A stretch of 64,000 nucleotides of DNA from Candidatus Freyarchaeum deiterrae (GTDB lineage: Archaea; Asgardarchaeota; Jordiarchaeia; Jordiarchaeales; Jordiarchaeaceae): assembly GCA_037305845.1 (NCBI GenBank), contig CP147778.1, positions 1,664,001-1,728,000 on the forward strand, in the 5' to 3' direction. The position numbers and the translations under genes are program-made. Under the pieces are notes generated by a model that was given only the letters and a program-made list of their open reading frames with translations, made no database searches and had not been told where the DNA came from. Positions 1 to 10,835 of this stretch are shown in pieces. Position 1 is the first letter of the stretch. Every line of letters starts with the position of its first letter.

Positions 1-133
1 TATTTTAGTTTATTATATTTGCTCCTTTCTGAAGTAGCTTCTTCAGCTATTAATAACCATTCGATTCTCATAAGAACAATTATTTATTATTTTTTTAAGA
101 AAAATTAATAGATATTCCAAAACTAGGTAACTC

Positions 134-1141
134 ATGGAAATTAACTATGCTATGGAATTAGATCGAATTATATCTGAAATTAAGAAAAGAAACTTTAAAA
201 GAATTCTTCTGCAGTTTCCAGAAGGTTTACGGGGTTCTGCCACAAAAATTAGTAAAAAGCTTGAATTAGAAACTGGAGTGGAAACGTTAATTTCTGTGGA
301 TCCTTGTTGGGGTGGGTGCGATATAGCAGAAACTGCCGCCTTAACACTTAATGCTGATCTTTTAGTACACTTCGGGCACTCTTCTTGGTCTAAGAAACCC
401 AAAATTCCCACATTATTTATTGAAGCACATTCTGAGGTTGAAATTAGGGAAGTTGTATTAAAGGCAGTCAGCTTACTAACTGCTGGAAAAGTGGGCGTTG
501 CGACTACTGTTCAGCATATTCATAAATTGGGTGAAATAAAAAATCTACTCGAAGAAAAAGGTTTTGAGGTTTTAACAGGCAAACCTAGTGGCAGAGCCAA
601 ATATGCTGGTCAAGTATTAGGTTGTGATTTATCCAGTGTTGAGAAACTAAATGTAGATCAATTCCTATTTGTAGGTGGGGGAACTTTTCATCCTTTAGGA
701 ATTGCCTTAGCTACCGGTAAGAGCGTTATTGCAGCTGATCCCTATTCTGATAAAATTGGTGATATGAAAGAAGAAACCAAAAGAACTCTCATGCAGAGAT
801 ACGCCCAAATAGCAAAGGCTAGAAATGCAAAAAGGTTTGGTGTAGTTATTGGTTTAAAGTTTGGTCAGATGAACTTAGAATTAGCTAGGCAAATTAAAAA
901 TAAAATTGAAAGCAAGGGAGGAGAAGCCTACTTACTGGCCGCTGAGGAAATATCTCCTGAAAGATTTTATGCGTTAGCCGATATAGAAGCGCTCGTAATA
1001 ACTGCCTGCCCAAGAATAGTAATCGAGGACGGCCCTCAATTTAAAATTCCTGTTATAACCCCCAAAGAACTTGATATTTCACTCGGATTTGAAAATTGGA
1101 AAGGGAGTGAAGGCGAAGACTCTTTGAATTACAAATTATAA
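134..1141 (+). CDS. dph2: Diphthamide biosynthesis enzyme Dph2
   Basis: LQFPEGL, DPCWGGCD, HFGHS, GQVLGC and TACPR motifs. Confidence 0.95.
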   Translation: MEINYAMELDRIISEIKKRNFKRILLQFPEGLRGSATKISKKLELETGVETLISVDPCWGGCDIAETAALTLNADLLVHFGHSSWSKKPKIPTLFIEAHSEVEIREVVLKAVSLLTAGKVGVATTVQHIHKLGEIKNLLEEKGFEVLTGKPSGRAKYAGQVLGCDLSSVEKLNVDQFLFVGGGTFHPLGIALATGKSVIAADPYSDKIGDMKEETKRTLMQRYAQIAKARNAKRFGVVIGLKFGQMNLELARQIKNKIESKGGEAYLLAAEEISPERFYALADIEALVITACPRIVIEDGPQFKIPVITPKELDISLGFENWKGSEGEDSLNYKL

Positions 1142-1241
1142 TTTAATTCATTATACATACTTACTTATTTTAAAAAACGTATAAGATAAATAAATTAAAA
1201 ATTTAATCGTTTGCTTACAAAAAAGTTAAAAGTGAATCATA

Positions 1242-1898
1242 ATGACGTTAGAGCAGAGACTTAAGAAGAAAGACCTCGAGAGATTATTAAGTGAACTGGA
1301 AGTTAACCCTTCACCGAAAGTTGAATGGGAGCAGTACACATCCTCTAGTGAGGTTGCAGCAAATCTCTTATTTATTGCTGCTTTCACGTTCAATGATATT
1401 GTTGGGCGTGAAGTATTCGACTTGGGATGTGGCAATGGCGTGCTCGGTATCGGGGCAACTTTAATCGGGGCAAAACGTGTAGTAGGACTAGATTTGGATC
1501 CAAGAGTTTTAACCATTGCAAGGAGAAACTCTGTGAAGGCCGGCGTTTCTGATTTAATCGATTTTATAGCCATGGATGTAACTGATATAACTGGTTCCGC
1601 TGATACCGTGTTACAAAACCCTCCATTTGGAGTTCAAAGGAAATCTAGCGATAGAATATTTTTGAAAAAAGGAATAGAGCTGGCTGATGTGACATATACT
1701 ATTCATAAATTTGGTTTGGAAAACAGAAAATTTATTACGCAGTTTGTGTTGAAGAATGGAGGCCTAGTTGATAGAATTATTTGTATGAGGATGTCTCTAC
1801 CACAGTCCCTCCCTTTTCACACAAAAAGAAAACATATGATCGATGTGGACATTTATCGAATACTTAAAAGTGAAAGAAACCATGCTTCATCTCAATAA
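1242..1898 (+). CDS. METTL5-family rRNA N6-adenine methyltransferase
   Basis: EQY, DLGCGNG and NPPFG motifs; C-terminal FH. Confidence 0.9.
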   Translation: MTLEQRLKKKDLERLLSELEVNPSPKVEWEQYTSSSEVAANLLFIAAFTFNDIVGREVFDLGCGNGVLGIGATLIGAKRVVGLDLDPRVLTIARRNSVKAGVSDLIDFIAMDVTDITGSADTVLQNPPFGVQRKSSDRIFLKKGIELADVTYTIHKFGLENRKFITQFVLKNGGLVDRIICMRMSLPQSLPFHTKRKHMIDVDIYRILKSERNHASSQ

Positions 1899-2002
1899 TC
1901 GATGATTTTAAGGAAAATAGTCAATAACCTTTATTCCCTTGGCATGATATTGGATTAATGTTGAAATGTGATTATTCCTATGTTTGAAAAAAGTATGGAG
2001 AC

Positions 2003-2584
2003 TTGAAGTTGCAAGACGTAAGTAAACCGAAAACTGGAAGTCTAGTAATCCCTGGCGACTGGCTAGGTGTTATAGAAGAATTTACCCCGGGAGAGGGTAC
2101 ATATGAAGAAAATGGAATTGTTTACGCGTCGAGTATTGGGCGCGTTTTAATTGATAATATTGAAAAAAGGGTGAAAGTAATACCAATAGAGGCTCGTGCT
2201 TTACCAAGAAAGGGAGATCTGGTTTTGGGTAAAGTTACTCAAATTAATAAAATGTTGACATTTGTGGATATCGCTCGAGTGAGAGGACAGACCATAGCTA
2301 ATCCTTTTTCAGCGGTGATACACATTTCCCAAATCAGTCCTGGATATGTGGAAAACACTTCTGACGCGTTGAAACCAGGAGACATTATAAGAGCTAGAGT
2401 AGTTGAGGAGCAGGGAGAACTCATTCAATTAACAACAACTGAGAAAAATTTGGGAGTTGTATACGCTGCATGCTCCAAGTGTGGGTTTGAATTAGAAAGA
2501 AAAGGGAATATCCTTTCCTGTGCGAATTGTGAAGCAAGAGAAACTAGAAAAATAGCAAGTGATTATGGACGAGTAAAAATATAA
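2003..2584 (+). CDS. csl4: Exosome RNA-binding subunit Csl4
   Basis: PGD..EEF.PGEGTY N-terminus, S1 domain, zinc ribbon, ETRKIA. Confidence 0.95.
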   Translation: MKLQDVSKPKTGSLVIPGDWLGVIEEFTPGEGTYEENGIVYASSIGRVLIDNIEKRVKVIPIEARALPRKGDLVLGKVTQINKMLTFVDIARVRGQTIANPFSAVIHISQISPGYVENTSDALKPGDIIRARVVEEQGELIQLTTTEKNLGVVYAACSKCGFELERKGNILSCANCEARETRKIASDYGRVKI

Positions 2585-2811
2585 TGTACCTTCACTCTAA
2601 AAAAAATTACACATTTAATTATCTGCCGACAAATTTATAGTTATTTAACAATTTGTAAAACATAAAAACGGTAATCACATATTTATTGAATATCTATGAA
2701 CATTAATAATATGATGATTATGAAGTTTATCAACAAGACTATGCTAAAAATTAGGAATTAATCTTGAGGTTCCGATAATTTTCTAGTAAAAACAAAAGAA
2801 GTTGGTGTTAT

Positions 2812-3099
2812 ATGAATATAAAAATTGTTGAAAAAAAGGGTAATGATCTAAGAGTAGAAATAGAAGGGGAAGGGCACACCTTATGTAACGCCATAAAATC
2901 TGTTATCTTTGAAGATGAAACCGTAGTCTTTGCAGGCTACCGAATAGAGCATGCATTGCTTTCAAAGCCTGTCCTGTACATTACAACAAATGGCAAAAAG
3001 GATCCTTTGGTTTTATTAAATGAAACTCTCAAAAAATTAGTGGACCGTTCGGAAGAATTCAAGGAAAAATTTCAGAAGGAACTTGAAAAATTTAATTAA
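2812..3099 (+). CDS. rpoL: RNA polymerase subunit L (Rpo11)
   Basis: EGEGHTLCN and AGYRIEH motifs. Confidence 0.95.
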   Translation: MNIKIVEKKGNDLRVEIEGEGHTLCNAIKSVIFEDETVVFAGYRIEHALLSKPVLYITTNGKKDPLVLLNETLKKLVDRSEEFKEKFQKELEKFN

Positions 3100-3140
3100 A
3101 ACCACTAAGAATCAATCTTTTTATCAAAAAGGGTGATACC

Positions 3141-3590
3141 ATGGGTTTTTCCGGAAAAGAAACTGGATGCAATCTAATAACTTTTGAGCACAAGCCTATA
3201 AAAGAAATATTAACCGATAAAAACTTAGCGAAACTTGGAGATAGTATTGTAAATCTTCTATATTCTTTGGTAAAATCAAAATTGGCCGGAAGACCTGATG
3301 GCGCCAAAATGCCTGATAGCTTTCTGGCTGAAGCGTTTAGAAAAGCGGGTCTCAGAAAATATGTTTCTACTAGGCAAGATGCTCATAGTTTAGGTGACGC
3401 AGCGGAGGCATTAATTGCTTATTCTTGGTTAAAAGACCACTTTGAAATAAAGGAAACCGCAGAAAATTTTAATCCCCTAATAGCTCACGAAAAAATAATT
3501 ACCCGCAAGACTGAAAGAGAAGTAAGTATCCTAATTTTTACATCTCTTCTTCAAGAACTTTTCGAGAAAATTGTAAAAGAAAAAATTTAA
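3141..3590 (+). CDS. Archaeal ribonuclease III-like domain protein
   Basis: LAKLGDSIVN and GDAAEALIAY motifs; lies between rpoL and tfs. Confidence 0.8.
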   Translation: MGFSGKETGCNLITFEHKPIKEILTDKNLAKLGDSIVNLLYSLVKSKLAGRPDGAKMPDSFLAEAFRKAGLRKYVSTRQDAHSLGDAAEALIAYSWLKDHFEIKETAENFNPLIAHEKIITRKTEREVSILIFTSLLQELFEKIVKEKI

Positions 3591-3663
3591 AATAAAACGT
3601 GATATTATCAACCATTACTTTATTATAAAATAATTTTCAAATAAATATTTGAAGGTGAAGCTA

Positions 3664-4005
3664 ATGAAGTTCTGCCCTCAGTGTAACTCAATAATGCTAC
3701 CAACAAAAAACAATGAAGGGGTTATCACACTAAAATGTAGAAATTGCAATTATACCAGTGAATTAGAAAAAGAGTCTACTGAAACATATAAAATAACTAA
3801 AGAAATTAAACACAGCGCTCGCGATAAAACAACTATTATAGAAGACGCAGATGCAATTCAAACTATGCCCACTGTAAAAGCTGCTTGTCCTAAATGTAAT
3901 TATGACAAAGCGGCGTACTGGCAGGTTCAAACTAGAAGTGCTGATGAGGGTTCTACTCTATTCTACCGATGCCTTAAGTGTGGTTATACCTGGAGATCCT
4001 ATTAA
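3664..4005 (+). CDS. tfs: Transcription factor S (TFS)
   Basis: Two zinc ribbons; QTRSADE motif; ATG after GAAGGTGA. Confidence 0.95.
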   Translation: MKFCPQCNSIMLPTKNNEGVITLKCRNCNYTSELEKESTETYKITKEIKHSARDKTTIIEDADAIQTMPTVKAACPKCNYDKAAYWQVQTRSADEGSTLFYRCLKCGYTWRSY

Positions 4006-4231
4006 AACCCTACTTTAGTGAAATGCATGCTACGCTATTATATTTTATAATTTTATTCCTATTGAATAAAATATTAGATAACTATTTTTAATAACAATTT
4101 AACGAATGAATTTTTTAGAAGTATATATCAGAGCACTGAATGTCCTCAGCAATACACCGATAACACTAAGGTTCAAAATACTAAATCAATTTCTTATATT
4201 TGGTTTGTATCACTAAAGAGAGGGTTATAAA

Positions 4232-4717
4232 ATGAAACATGAGAAAGTGGCTTTTATCGGACTTCCTTCTGTCGGCAAAACCAGTATTATAACCTTGTTA
4301 AGTGAAAAAAGGGCAGTCACCCAGTACGATCCCACAATTGGCATCAACTTTGGTTTCGTAACTTTTGGTGAATGTGAGGTTAGTCTTTTTGATGTTGCAG
4401 GGCAGGACAGATTTAAATTTTTGTGGGATGGGTTTATGCGGGGAGCAAAAGTTATTTTCGTGGTTACTGATTCAACCCCTAAAAATGTTTTAAACACTCG
4501 AAAGATAATTGACGAGTTCGGAAATAAATCAAATTCAATGGTTTTGGCGATAGCGAATAAGCAGGATTTGCCTGGCGCCATGAAACCATCACAGGTAGAA
4601 GATCTTCTAAAAGTAAAAACCTATGGAATGGTTGCAATTGACCCAAGTAAACGGGTTTCGATGTGTCGTCTTCTGAAAAAGGCTCTGGAACAACTCGTAA
4701 TTGAAAATTCTAATTAA
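4232..4717 (+). CDS. Small GTPase, Arf-like
   Basis: GLPSVGKT (G1), PTIG, DVAGQ (G3), ANKQDLPGA (G4). Confidence 0.9.
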   Translation: MKHEKVAFIGLPSVGKTSIITLLSEKRAVTQYDPTIGINFGFVTFGECEVSLFDVAGQDRFKFLWDGFMRGAKVIFVVTDSTPKNVLNTRKIIDEFGNKSNSMVLAIANKQDLPGAMKPSQVEDLLKVKTYGMVAIDPSKRVSMCRLLKKALEQLVIENSN

Positions 4718-4839
4718 ATTTTTAATCAATAATATACTTATTTTTCTGGTAGTGAAAATCTTTTAAGGAAGAGGAAAAGTTATTCAGATGAGAGGAGTAC
4801 CTTTAATAATTGACCTTTATATTCCCAAATACTTAAGGG

Positions 4840-5220
4840 TTGAGTTTAATGTCTTGGAATCCAAAGGTTGAGGGCGGTTCATGGAAGCCTAAGCCCCCTG
4901 CTATCGAAAAACAGATTAAGGATATCTCTTCTGGTGAAGTTTCTTTTATTAAAGTTCTTGGGGTCGTTTTGGAAAAAAAGCAAAATATTGCGCTTATTGA
5001 TGATGGAACTGGGAAAGCAAGAATTGTGGCTTTGGATGAAGAGCTTATAAGCAAAGTTAAAGTGGGTGATAAGATAAGAGTATTTGGGACAGTCTTACCA
5101 GGAGGAGAAGAAGGCGAAATACAGATTAATGCCAATATAATTCAAGACATGAATAAACTTAACATTAAATTACGCTCGCAAGTAGAACAACTAAAGAAAT
5201 CCAACGATAATTCATCTTGA
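4840..5220 (+). CDS. Single OB-fold protein, RPA small-subunit-like
   Basis: IDDGTG...GDKIRVFG OB-fold pattern; directly upstream of PCNA. Confidence 0.7.
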   Translation: MSLMSWNPKVEGGSWKPKPPAIEKQIKDISSGEVSFIKVLGVVLEKKQNIALIDDGTGKARIVALDEELISKVKVGDKIRVFGTVLPGGEEGEIQINANIIQDMNKLNIKLRSQVEQLKKSNDNSS

Positions 5221-5394
5221 ATACGAATTGAAGGTGCTTATAAAGAAAGTCATCATATTTATAATGACAAACGTTTAAATTTGAGCCTGATTAGATAAGT
5301 CTTCGTTCAGAGTCAATATTTAAAAAGATGCTAACTATACTAATTCGATTTGTTTGTACCAATCTAGGGTAGTAACCAAAAAAAGGTGATACAT

Positions 5395-6150
5395 ATGGTA
5401 TTTAAATTCGCCTTTACGGATGCGAAGCTTTGGAAAAATATTATTGACGCGTTATCCGGTTTAGTCGATGAACTTGTTTTTATAGCTGATGAAAATTCCT
5501 TACATGCAAGAGCGATGGATCCTAGTCATGTAGCTATGGTTGATTTCGAGTTGCCAAAAATGGCTTTCAGCGAATATGACTGTAGCGGAGAAGTTAAGCT
5601 GGGAATAAACCTTGAAGATATGTCTAGAATAATGAGGAGAGCTGGTGGCGGGGATGCGCTAGAATTGTCGCTCGATCCAGAAAAGAATAAACTTAATGTT
5701 ACGTTTAAAGGAACATCCACACGTACCTTCCACATTGGTTTGCTCGATTTGACACATGAGGAAACTCCCGTTCCATCCCTTAAATTTAATGCTGAAATTA
5801 AAATGACTGCGGATGTCTTAAAGGAAGCTCTAAAAGATGCTGAGGTTGTAAGTGATCATGTAGAAGTTGATGCTTCTCCTGACGAGTTAGAAATTAATGC
5901 TGCTGGAGATACTGGGGGGGTTGAAGTCAAGTTAGACAAGTCCAGCGATGCTCTTCTTGAGTTGAATGTAACGGAAAAATCTAAAGCGATGTACGCTTTA
6001 AGCTACTTAACTGATATGATGAAAGCATCAACTGCAAGTGATACCGTCACTGTCCAATTTTCAGCAAGTATGCCAATAAAACTAGAATTCAATATTATTG
6101 GCGGCGGGCGTTTAACTTATTGGCTAGCTCCTCGAATAGAAGCAGAATAA
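5395..6150 (+). CDS. pcn: DNA sliding clamp PCNA
   Basis: AMDPSHVAMV motif and C-terminal LAPRIE. Confidence 0.97.
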   Translation: MVFKFAFTDAKLWKNIIDALSGLVDELVFIADENSLHARAMDPSHVAMVDFELPKMAFSEYDCSGEVKLGINLEDMSRIMRRAGGGDALELSLDPEKNKLNVTFKGTSTRTFHIGLLDLTHEETPVPSLKFNAEIKMTADVLKEALKDAEVVSDHVEVDASPDELEINAAGDTGGVEVKLDKSSDALLELNVTEKSKAMYALSYLTDMMKASTASDTVTVQFSASMPIKLEFNIIGGGRLTYWLAPRIEAE

Positions 6151-6416
6151 TTAATAAAATTCTTTAGAAAGAGAAATAGCATTTTTAAACTAAATTAACA
6201 TTATAATATTAGAAGAAATATGAAAATTCCATTTTATTTAAAAAAAAGGCTTAACGAGAGTTTTTAAGGAAAACTTCCAATGAAAAAACTTTGAAAGCCC
6301 ATCCAATTCCTCTAGCAGAGAGAGCATGTTTAATTTCTGAAGCTAGAGTTTCTTACAAATCTCCAAAAATTTTTAAAAAATTAAAGTTCTGCCTATTAAC
6401 CAAGTAGGTAGGCTTC

Positions 6417-7457
6417 TTGGAAATGATGAACAAGTATTCTAAAGTTGATTTGGCCAAGTACCCCTTCACAAGGGAAGCACAAGAATATATTGAAAAGCTC
6501 AATTTGGATATCGAGGATCTGGCCTCCTCTGAATATTCTTCTGTTCTAGAAAGAGGTCGGGAGCGCGTAATGGAGGCTCTAGAGAGTGGTTATGTTTCTT
6601 ACAGAGAAGATGCTTATGTAGAACTTCTTTCTTTTCCCCTTGCCCGTCTATTTGTTGAATCATTGGATGATGAATATTTAAGGAGAAGATATGCGGTTGC
6701 AGAGTCTAAACGTGCAGATAAACTTTTGGAAAATGAAGAAAATGACAAATCTATGCAAATTGCGAGAGAAACATTTGAATGGGATATTAAAAAAGAGTCG
6801 CAAAGAGTCGGGGGGCGCTTTTACGAGTATAAACTAAATGTTACTAATTATTTGACCTACGCTCCATATTTTCAGGATAAATACTGGAAACTAGTTAACA
6901 GAGTTTTAGATAAGGGGTATGTGTATCTTCGAAAAATTGATGTTGCTAGATTAATATCCGAAGCGGTAAAATGGCGGCTTATGGAAAAGAAAGGAAAAAC
7001 ACCCGATTTACCACCAATGATGAAAGAAATGATCGATAAAATACGAATTAAATTAGAAAATCAGAAGAAAGACAGAGGAATTGATCAAGGTTTTAGTGAG
7101 GTTTCACGAGAGTGTTTTCCTCCCTGCATCTCAAAAATGTTATCCGAAGTTCTCGCTGGTAAAAACATATCCCACCAACCAAGATTTACTCTCACCTCTT
7201 TTCTCATAAAAGTAGGTCTATCCGTTGATGAAGTTGTACAAATATTTAGCAATGTTCCCGATTTTGATGAAAACCTAACGAGATATCAAGTAGAACACAT
7301 AGCTGGAATTAAGGGAGGTGGAACAAAATACACCCCCCCTTCATGTAATACTTTAAGAACATATAATCTCTGTGAAAAAAATGAATTTTGCAAAAACATA
7401 AATCATCCATTAACTTGTTATCGCAACATTCTCAGAATTCGGCAGAAAGGCGGTTAA
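6417..7457 (+). CDS. priL: DNA primase large subunit
   Basis: FPPCI, YQVEHIAG, YTPPSC and Fe-S cysteines. Confidence 0.95.
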   Translation: MEMMNKYSKVDLAKYPFTREAQEYIEKLNLDIEDLASSEYSSVLERGRERVMEALESGYVSYREDAYVELLSFPLARLFVESLDDEYLRRRYAVAESKRADKLLENEENDKSMQIARETFEWDIKKESQRVGGRFYEYKLNVTNYLTYAPYFQDKYWKLVNRVLDKGYVYLRKIDVARLISEAVKWRLMEKKGKTPDLPPMMKEMIDKIRIKLENQKKDRGIDQGFSEVSRECFPPCISKMLSEVLAGKNISHQPRFTLTSFLIKVGLSVDEVVQIFSNVPDFDENLTRYQVEHIAGIKGGGTKYTPPSCNTLRTYNLCEKNEFCKNINHPLTCYRNILRIRQKGG

Positions 7458-7517
7458 AAAAATCATTTAGTTAAGATTATACCATTTAATAATGATTATC
7501 CTTGTTGAATTGATTTT

Positions 7518-8774
7518 ATGGGAAGACGCAAAATGGATAGTAGTGATTTTTTAATTCGTTTATTCGGAAAATACTATAATGATAATCTCGATAAAATAAA
7601 CCCTCCCTCAAGTCTGTCTAAAAGGGAATTTGGTTTTATGTTTTTTGAACACGGCTCAGTGATTAGGCACTTGGGTTTTGAAAATGATAACCAGCTTAGA
7701 ACATTTCTCATTAGAGAGACCCCCTCCGATGCTTTTTACTCGGCAGCGTACTATCTACAACCAAGTATGCCGAAAATGCCAATGAAAGGTTGGGAAGGAT
7801 GCGATTTAATATTCGATATAGACGCAGACCACATTGAAACAAGTTGCAAAAATACACATGATAAATGGAAGTGCCAAGTCTGTGGGAAGGGAGGAGAAGG
7901 GGTTAAACCAGAAAAGTGTCCTGCATGTGGAGAATCTAAAATCGAAGAAGTGAAATGGCTTTGTGATGTTTGCTTGGAAGCCGCTAAAAGTGAAACCTTT
8001 AAAGTTGTTGAGGATTTTCTGATTCCTGATTTTGGTATAAATCAAAGCGAAATTAGTGTCTGTTTTTCAGGGCATAGAGGATATCACATACACGTGGAAT
8101 CGGATACTGTTAGAGAATTTAGCTCTCAAACAAGGAGGGAAATTATCGATTATATTAAAGGAAATGGAATAAATCCAGAGTTTCACGGACTCCAAGAGGT
8201 TGGGCGCGAAAGGCTGATCATAGGACCCGATACCGAAGGCAAGGGTTGGAGCGGGCGGGTAGCAAGATATGTTGTCAAATTTATTTCCGAATTAGATGAA
8301 AACCAAATTATGAGAGAAGACAAGTCTGTAAGGAAAAAACTGTTAACTCTCTTAAAAGAAAAACAAAAAATGGTAAATTATTTGAGTCAGCATCCCCCAC
8401 TTTGGGATGCACTGAGGAATATCGACATTGATTTTTGGCTTTTTATTGCTGAACGGGCTATAAATATAGCTAAAGGAGAAATTGACGAACCCGTTACCGC
8501 AGACATTCATAGACTTATACGTCTTCCAACCTCTCTAAATGGAAAAACTGGCTTTGAAGTAAAACCCTTAAAAATAAATGAACTAGCCAACTTTGATCCC
8601 TTTAGTGAATCACAAGTTTTTCAAGGCCAATTAATGGTGTACGCTACAGATGTGCCTACATTCAGAATTGGTGAAGAAATATTTGGTCCATATACCGAAG
8701 AAAAAGTTGAACTCCCATTGTCTGCCGCTGTATTTCTTTTGTGCAAGAAGGTTGCCAAAATCGCCCAAACTTAG
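7518..8774 (+). CDS. priS: DNA primase catalytic subunit with zinc-ribbon insertion
   Basis: REFG, FDIDADH, FSGHRGYH, D..VT.DIHRLIR motifs. Confidence 0.95.
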   Translation: MGRRKMDSSDFLIRLFGKYYNDNLDKINPPSSLSKREFGFMFFEHGSVIRHLGFENDNQLRTFLIRETPSDAFYSAAYYLQPSMPKMPMKGWEGCDLIFDIDADHIETSCKNTHDKWKCQVCGKGGEGVKPEKCPACGESKIEEVKWLCDVCLEAAKSETFKVVEDFLIPDFGINQSEISVCFSGHRGYHIHVESDTVREFSSQTRREIIDYIKGNGINPEFHGLQEVGRERLIIGPDTEGKGWSGRVARYVVKFISELDENQIMREDKSVRKKLLTLLKEKQKMVNYLSQHPPLWDALRNIDIDFWLFIAERAINIAKGEIDEPVTADIHRLIRLPTSLNGKTGFEVKPLKINELANFDPFSESQVFQGQLMVYATDVPTFRIGEEIFGPYTEEKVELPLSAAVFLLCKKVAKIAQT

Positions 8775-8790
8775 CAGGAGGATTTGAATA

Positions 8791-9321
8791 ATGTATGAAA
8801 AAATTTATAATGCTTGGGAAAAGGAGCAAAAAGGTGAAACTATGCAAAAACTTGAAGACGGCTTTTATAACGAAGCTAAAAAATTTTTAGAAGCTCTCGT
8901 GAGCGACAAAAACGAATCTGAACCACTTCTAAATAAACTTGCTAGAAAAGAGTATAGTAATATTTCCTTCATGCTGAATGATTTAATGAATATCCGTCTT
9001 GCTAAAATTTTGAGAAATATTCGTGATGGAAAAGAACTAAATAAAGAAAAATTGTCTTATGAAGAAAAAATATTATATGAGCGATTAAAAAGTGACTCGT
9101 CACAACTTTTTGGTGAAAAACCTCTCCCTCCAGAGGTTAAAGAAATCGAAGAAAAAAATGAATCATTCCTCCTTATTCGATTTCTAAGACAACTCCCTGC
9201 TATAGTCGGAAGTGATATGAAAGTTTATGGACCTTTTCAAGTTGAGGATATAGCTACCTTACCCAAAGAAAATGCTAAGGCATTAATCTTAAAAAAGGCT
9301 GCAAAGCTTGTCCATTTCTAG
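8791..9321 (+). CDS. GINS complex subunit (Gins15/Gins51)
   Basis: R..KI helical A domain; B domain IVGSDMKVYGPF..ED; follows priS. Confidence 0.9.
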   Translation: MYEKIYNAWEKEQKGETMQKLEDGFYNEAKKFLEALVSDKNESEPLLNKLARKEYSNISFMLNDLMNIRLAKILRNIRDGKELNKEKLSYEEKILYERLKSDSSQLFGEKPLPPEVKEIEEKNESFLLIRFLRQLPAIVGSDMKVYGPFQVEDIATLPKENAKALILKKAAKLVHF

Positions 9322-9534
9322 TACTAATTTTTTAAAAAAATATCAATTTTTTAATTTTATTAAATTTTATGCTTTTTTTTAAAATAACGTAAGTAAGTTT
9401 TTTAAACCTAGCGTTCTTTTTATGTTCAATAGTCGAAAGATATAAAATAAGTCGTGAATATTGCTCAGATTACATAACTAGTCAGAATTCTGGATATCCA
9501 GTTTAAATTTACTTAATTTAAAGGGTGTATACTC

Positions 9535-9810
9535 ATGCGGTATCCTAAAGAAAAACGCACTTACTGTCCAAAATGCAAAACGTATACTGATCACTCCGTT
9601 TCTCTATATAAGAAGGGTAAGGATAGTAAAATGGCACAGGGCGCCCGGCGTTATCGCCGAAAGAAACAAGGTTATGGTAGTCAGCCTAAGCCAATACAGA
9701 AAAGATTTTCTAAAACTACCAAAAAGTTCTCCATCAAATTAAAATGCAAAAATTGTGGTTATATTATTCAAAAGAAAGGGATGCGTCTCAAAAAACTGGA
9801 AATAGAGTAG
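9535..9810 (+). CDS. rpl44e: 50S ribosomal protein L44e
   Basis: YCPKC...H, GYGSQPKP, KTTKK. Confidence 0.97.
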   Translation: MRYPKEKRTYCPKCKTYTDHSVSLYKKGKDSKMAQGARRYRRKKQGYGSQPKPIQKRFSKTTKKFSIKLKCKNCGYIIQKKGMRLKKLEIE

Positions 9811-9825
9811 GAGAGTGTTCTACAC

Positions 9826-10029
9826 ATGGTTAAAAATAGAGAAGTGTTACCACAACCCGAGAGCAAGTTTATTAACGCTCAATGTCCAGACTGCGGCTCA
9901 GAACAAATTATTTTTGATAGGGCCAGTACCGTAGTCAAATGTAATGTATGCGGTAAAACTCTAGTTAGACCAACTGGAGGAAAAGCGATAATAATGATTA
10001 AAAAAAGCAAGCAGCAGCTCCTAGGTTAG
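9826..10029 (+). CDS. rps27e: 30S ribosomal protein S27e
   Basis: CPDC...CNVC...PTGGKA. Confidence 0.97.
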   Translation: MVKNREVLPQPESKFINAQCPDCGSEQIIFDRASTVVKCNVCGKTLVRPTGGKAIIMIKKSKQQLLG

Positions 10030-10034
10030 ATTAG

Positions 10035-10835
10035 GTGGTAAATGTGGTTAAGTCAAGAAGAGAATACCCAGAGAAGGGGGACTTGGTGATTGGAACAGTA
10101 ACGAGAATTGCTAATCACGGAGCCTATGTTCAACTCGATGAATATGACAACAAGGAAGGAATGATTCACATATCCGAAATTGCCCTGAGCTGGGTTCGAA
10201 ATATACGAAACTTTGTTAGAGAAAAACAAAAGGTAGTAGCAAAGGTTCTCAGAATAAATTCCCAAAAAGGTTTTATAGACTTGTCTTTGAGACGCGTTAC
10301 AGAACAGCAAAAGCGTCAAAAAATACAGGAATGGAAAAGAATTCAAAAGTCAGAAAAACTTCTTGAAATGGCAGCCACTAAAATAGGAAGAACCTTGGAT
10401 GAAGCGTACGAGGAAGTAGGTAAGAAGTTAGAGGAAGCTTATGGGAGCATATACAACGGATTTGAATTAATATCTGAAAAAGGATCAAAACCTCTAGAAG
10501 ATTTAGGGATTAAAAAGGATTGGATTGAAATAATTACTGAAATAGCAAAAACCCATGTAGAACCTCCCAAAGTTAACATCGCTAGAACAGTAGAAATGAC
10601 TTGCTGGAAGCGTTCCGGTATAGACGCCATAAAAAAGGCCTTGAGAGAAGCAATTGATGTTGTTCACGACGGTGAAACACTTGTAAATATCTATACTCTT
10701 GGTTCTCCAAAGTATCGTATAGAAATAACTGCCGATGATTACAAACAAGCCGAAACAACCCTAGAAAAAATTATTAACACTGCTCAAGCGAGTATTGAGA
10801 GTGAGGGCGGGGTACTCACACTCCCAAAAAGCTAA
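10035..10835 (+). CDS. eif2a: Translation initiation factor 2 alpha subunit
   Basis: S1 domain GAYVQLDEY and KGFIDLSLRRV. Confidence 0.96.
   Translation: MVNVVKSRREYPEKGDLVIGTVTRIANHGAYVQLDEYDNKEGMIHISEIALSWVRNIRNFVREKQKVVAKVLRINSQKGFIDLSLRRVTEQQKRQKIQEWKRIQKSEKLLEMAATKIGRTLDEAYEEVGKKLEEAYGSIYNGFELISEKGSKPLEDLGIKKDWIEIITEIAKTHVEPPKVNIARTVEMTCWKRSGIDAIKKALREAIDVVHDGETLVNIYTLGSPKYRIEITADDYKQAETTLEKIINTAQASIESEGGVLTLPKS

Noticed and set aside
4125-4172. C/D box sRNA on the minus strand (two CTGA)
   Set aside because: C and C' boxes are poor and the second guide is too short
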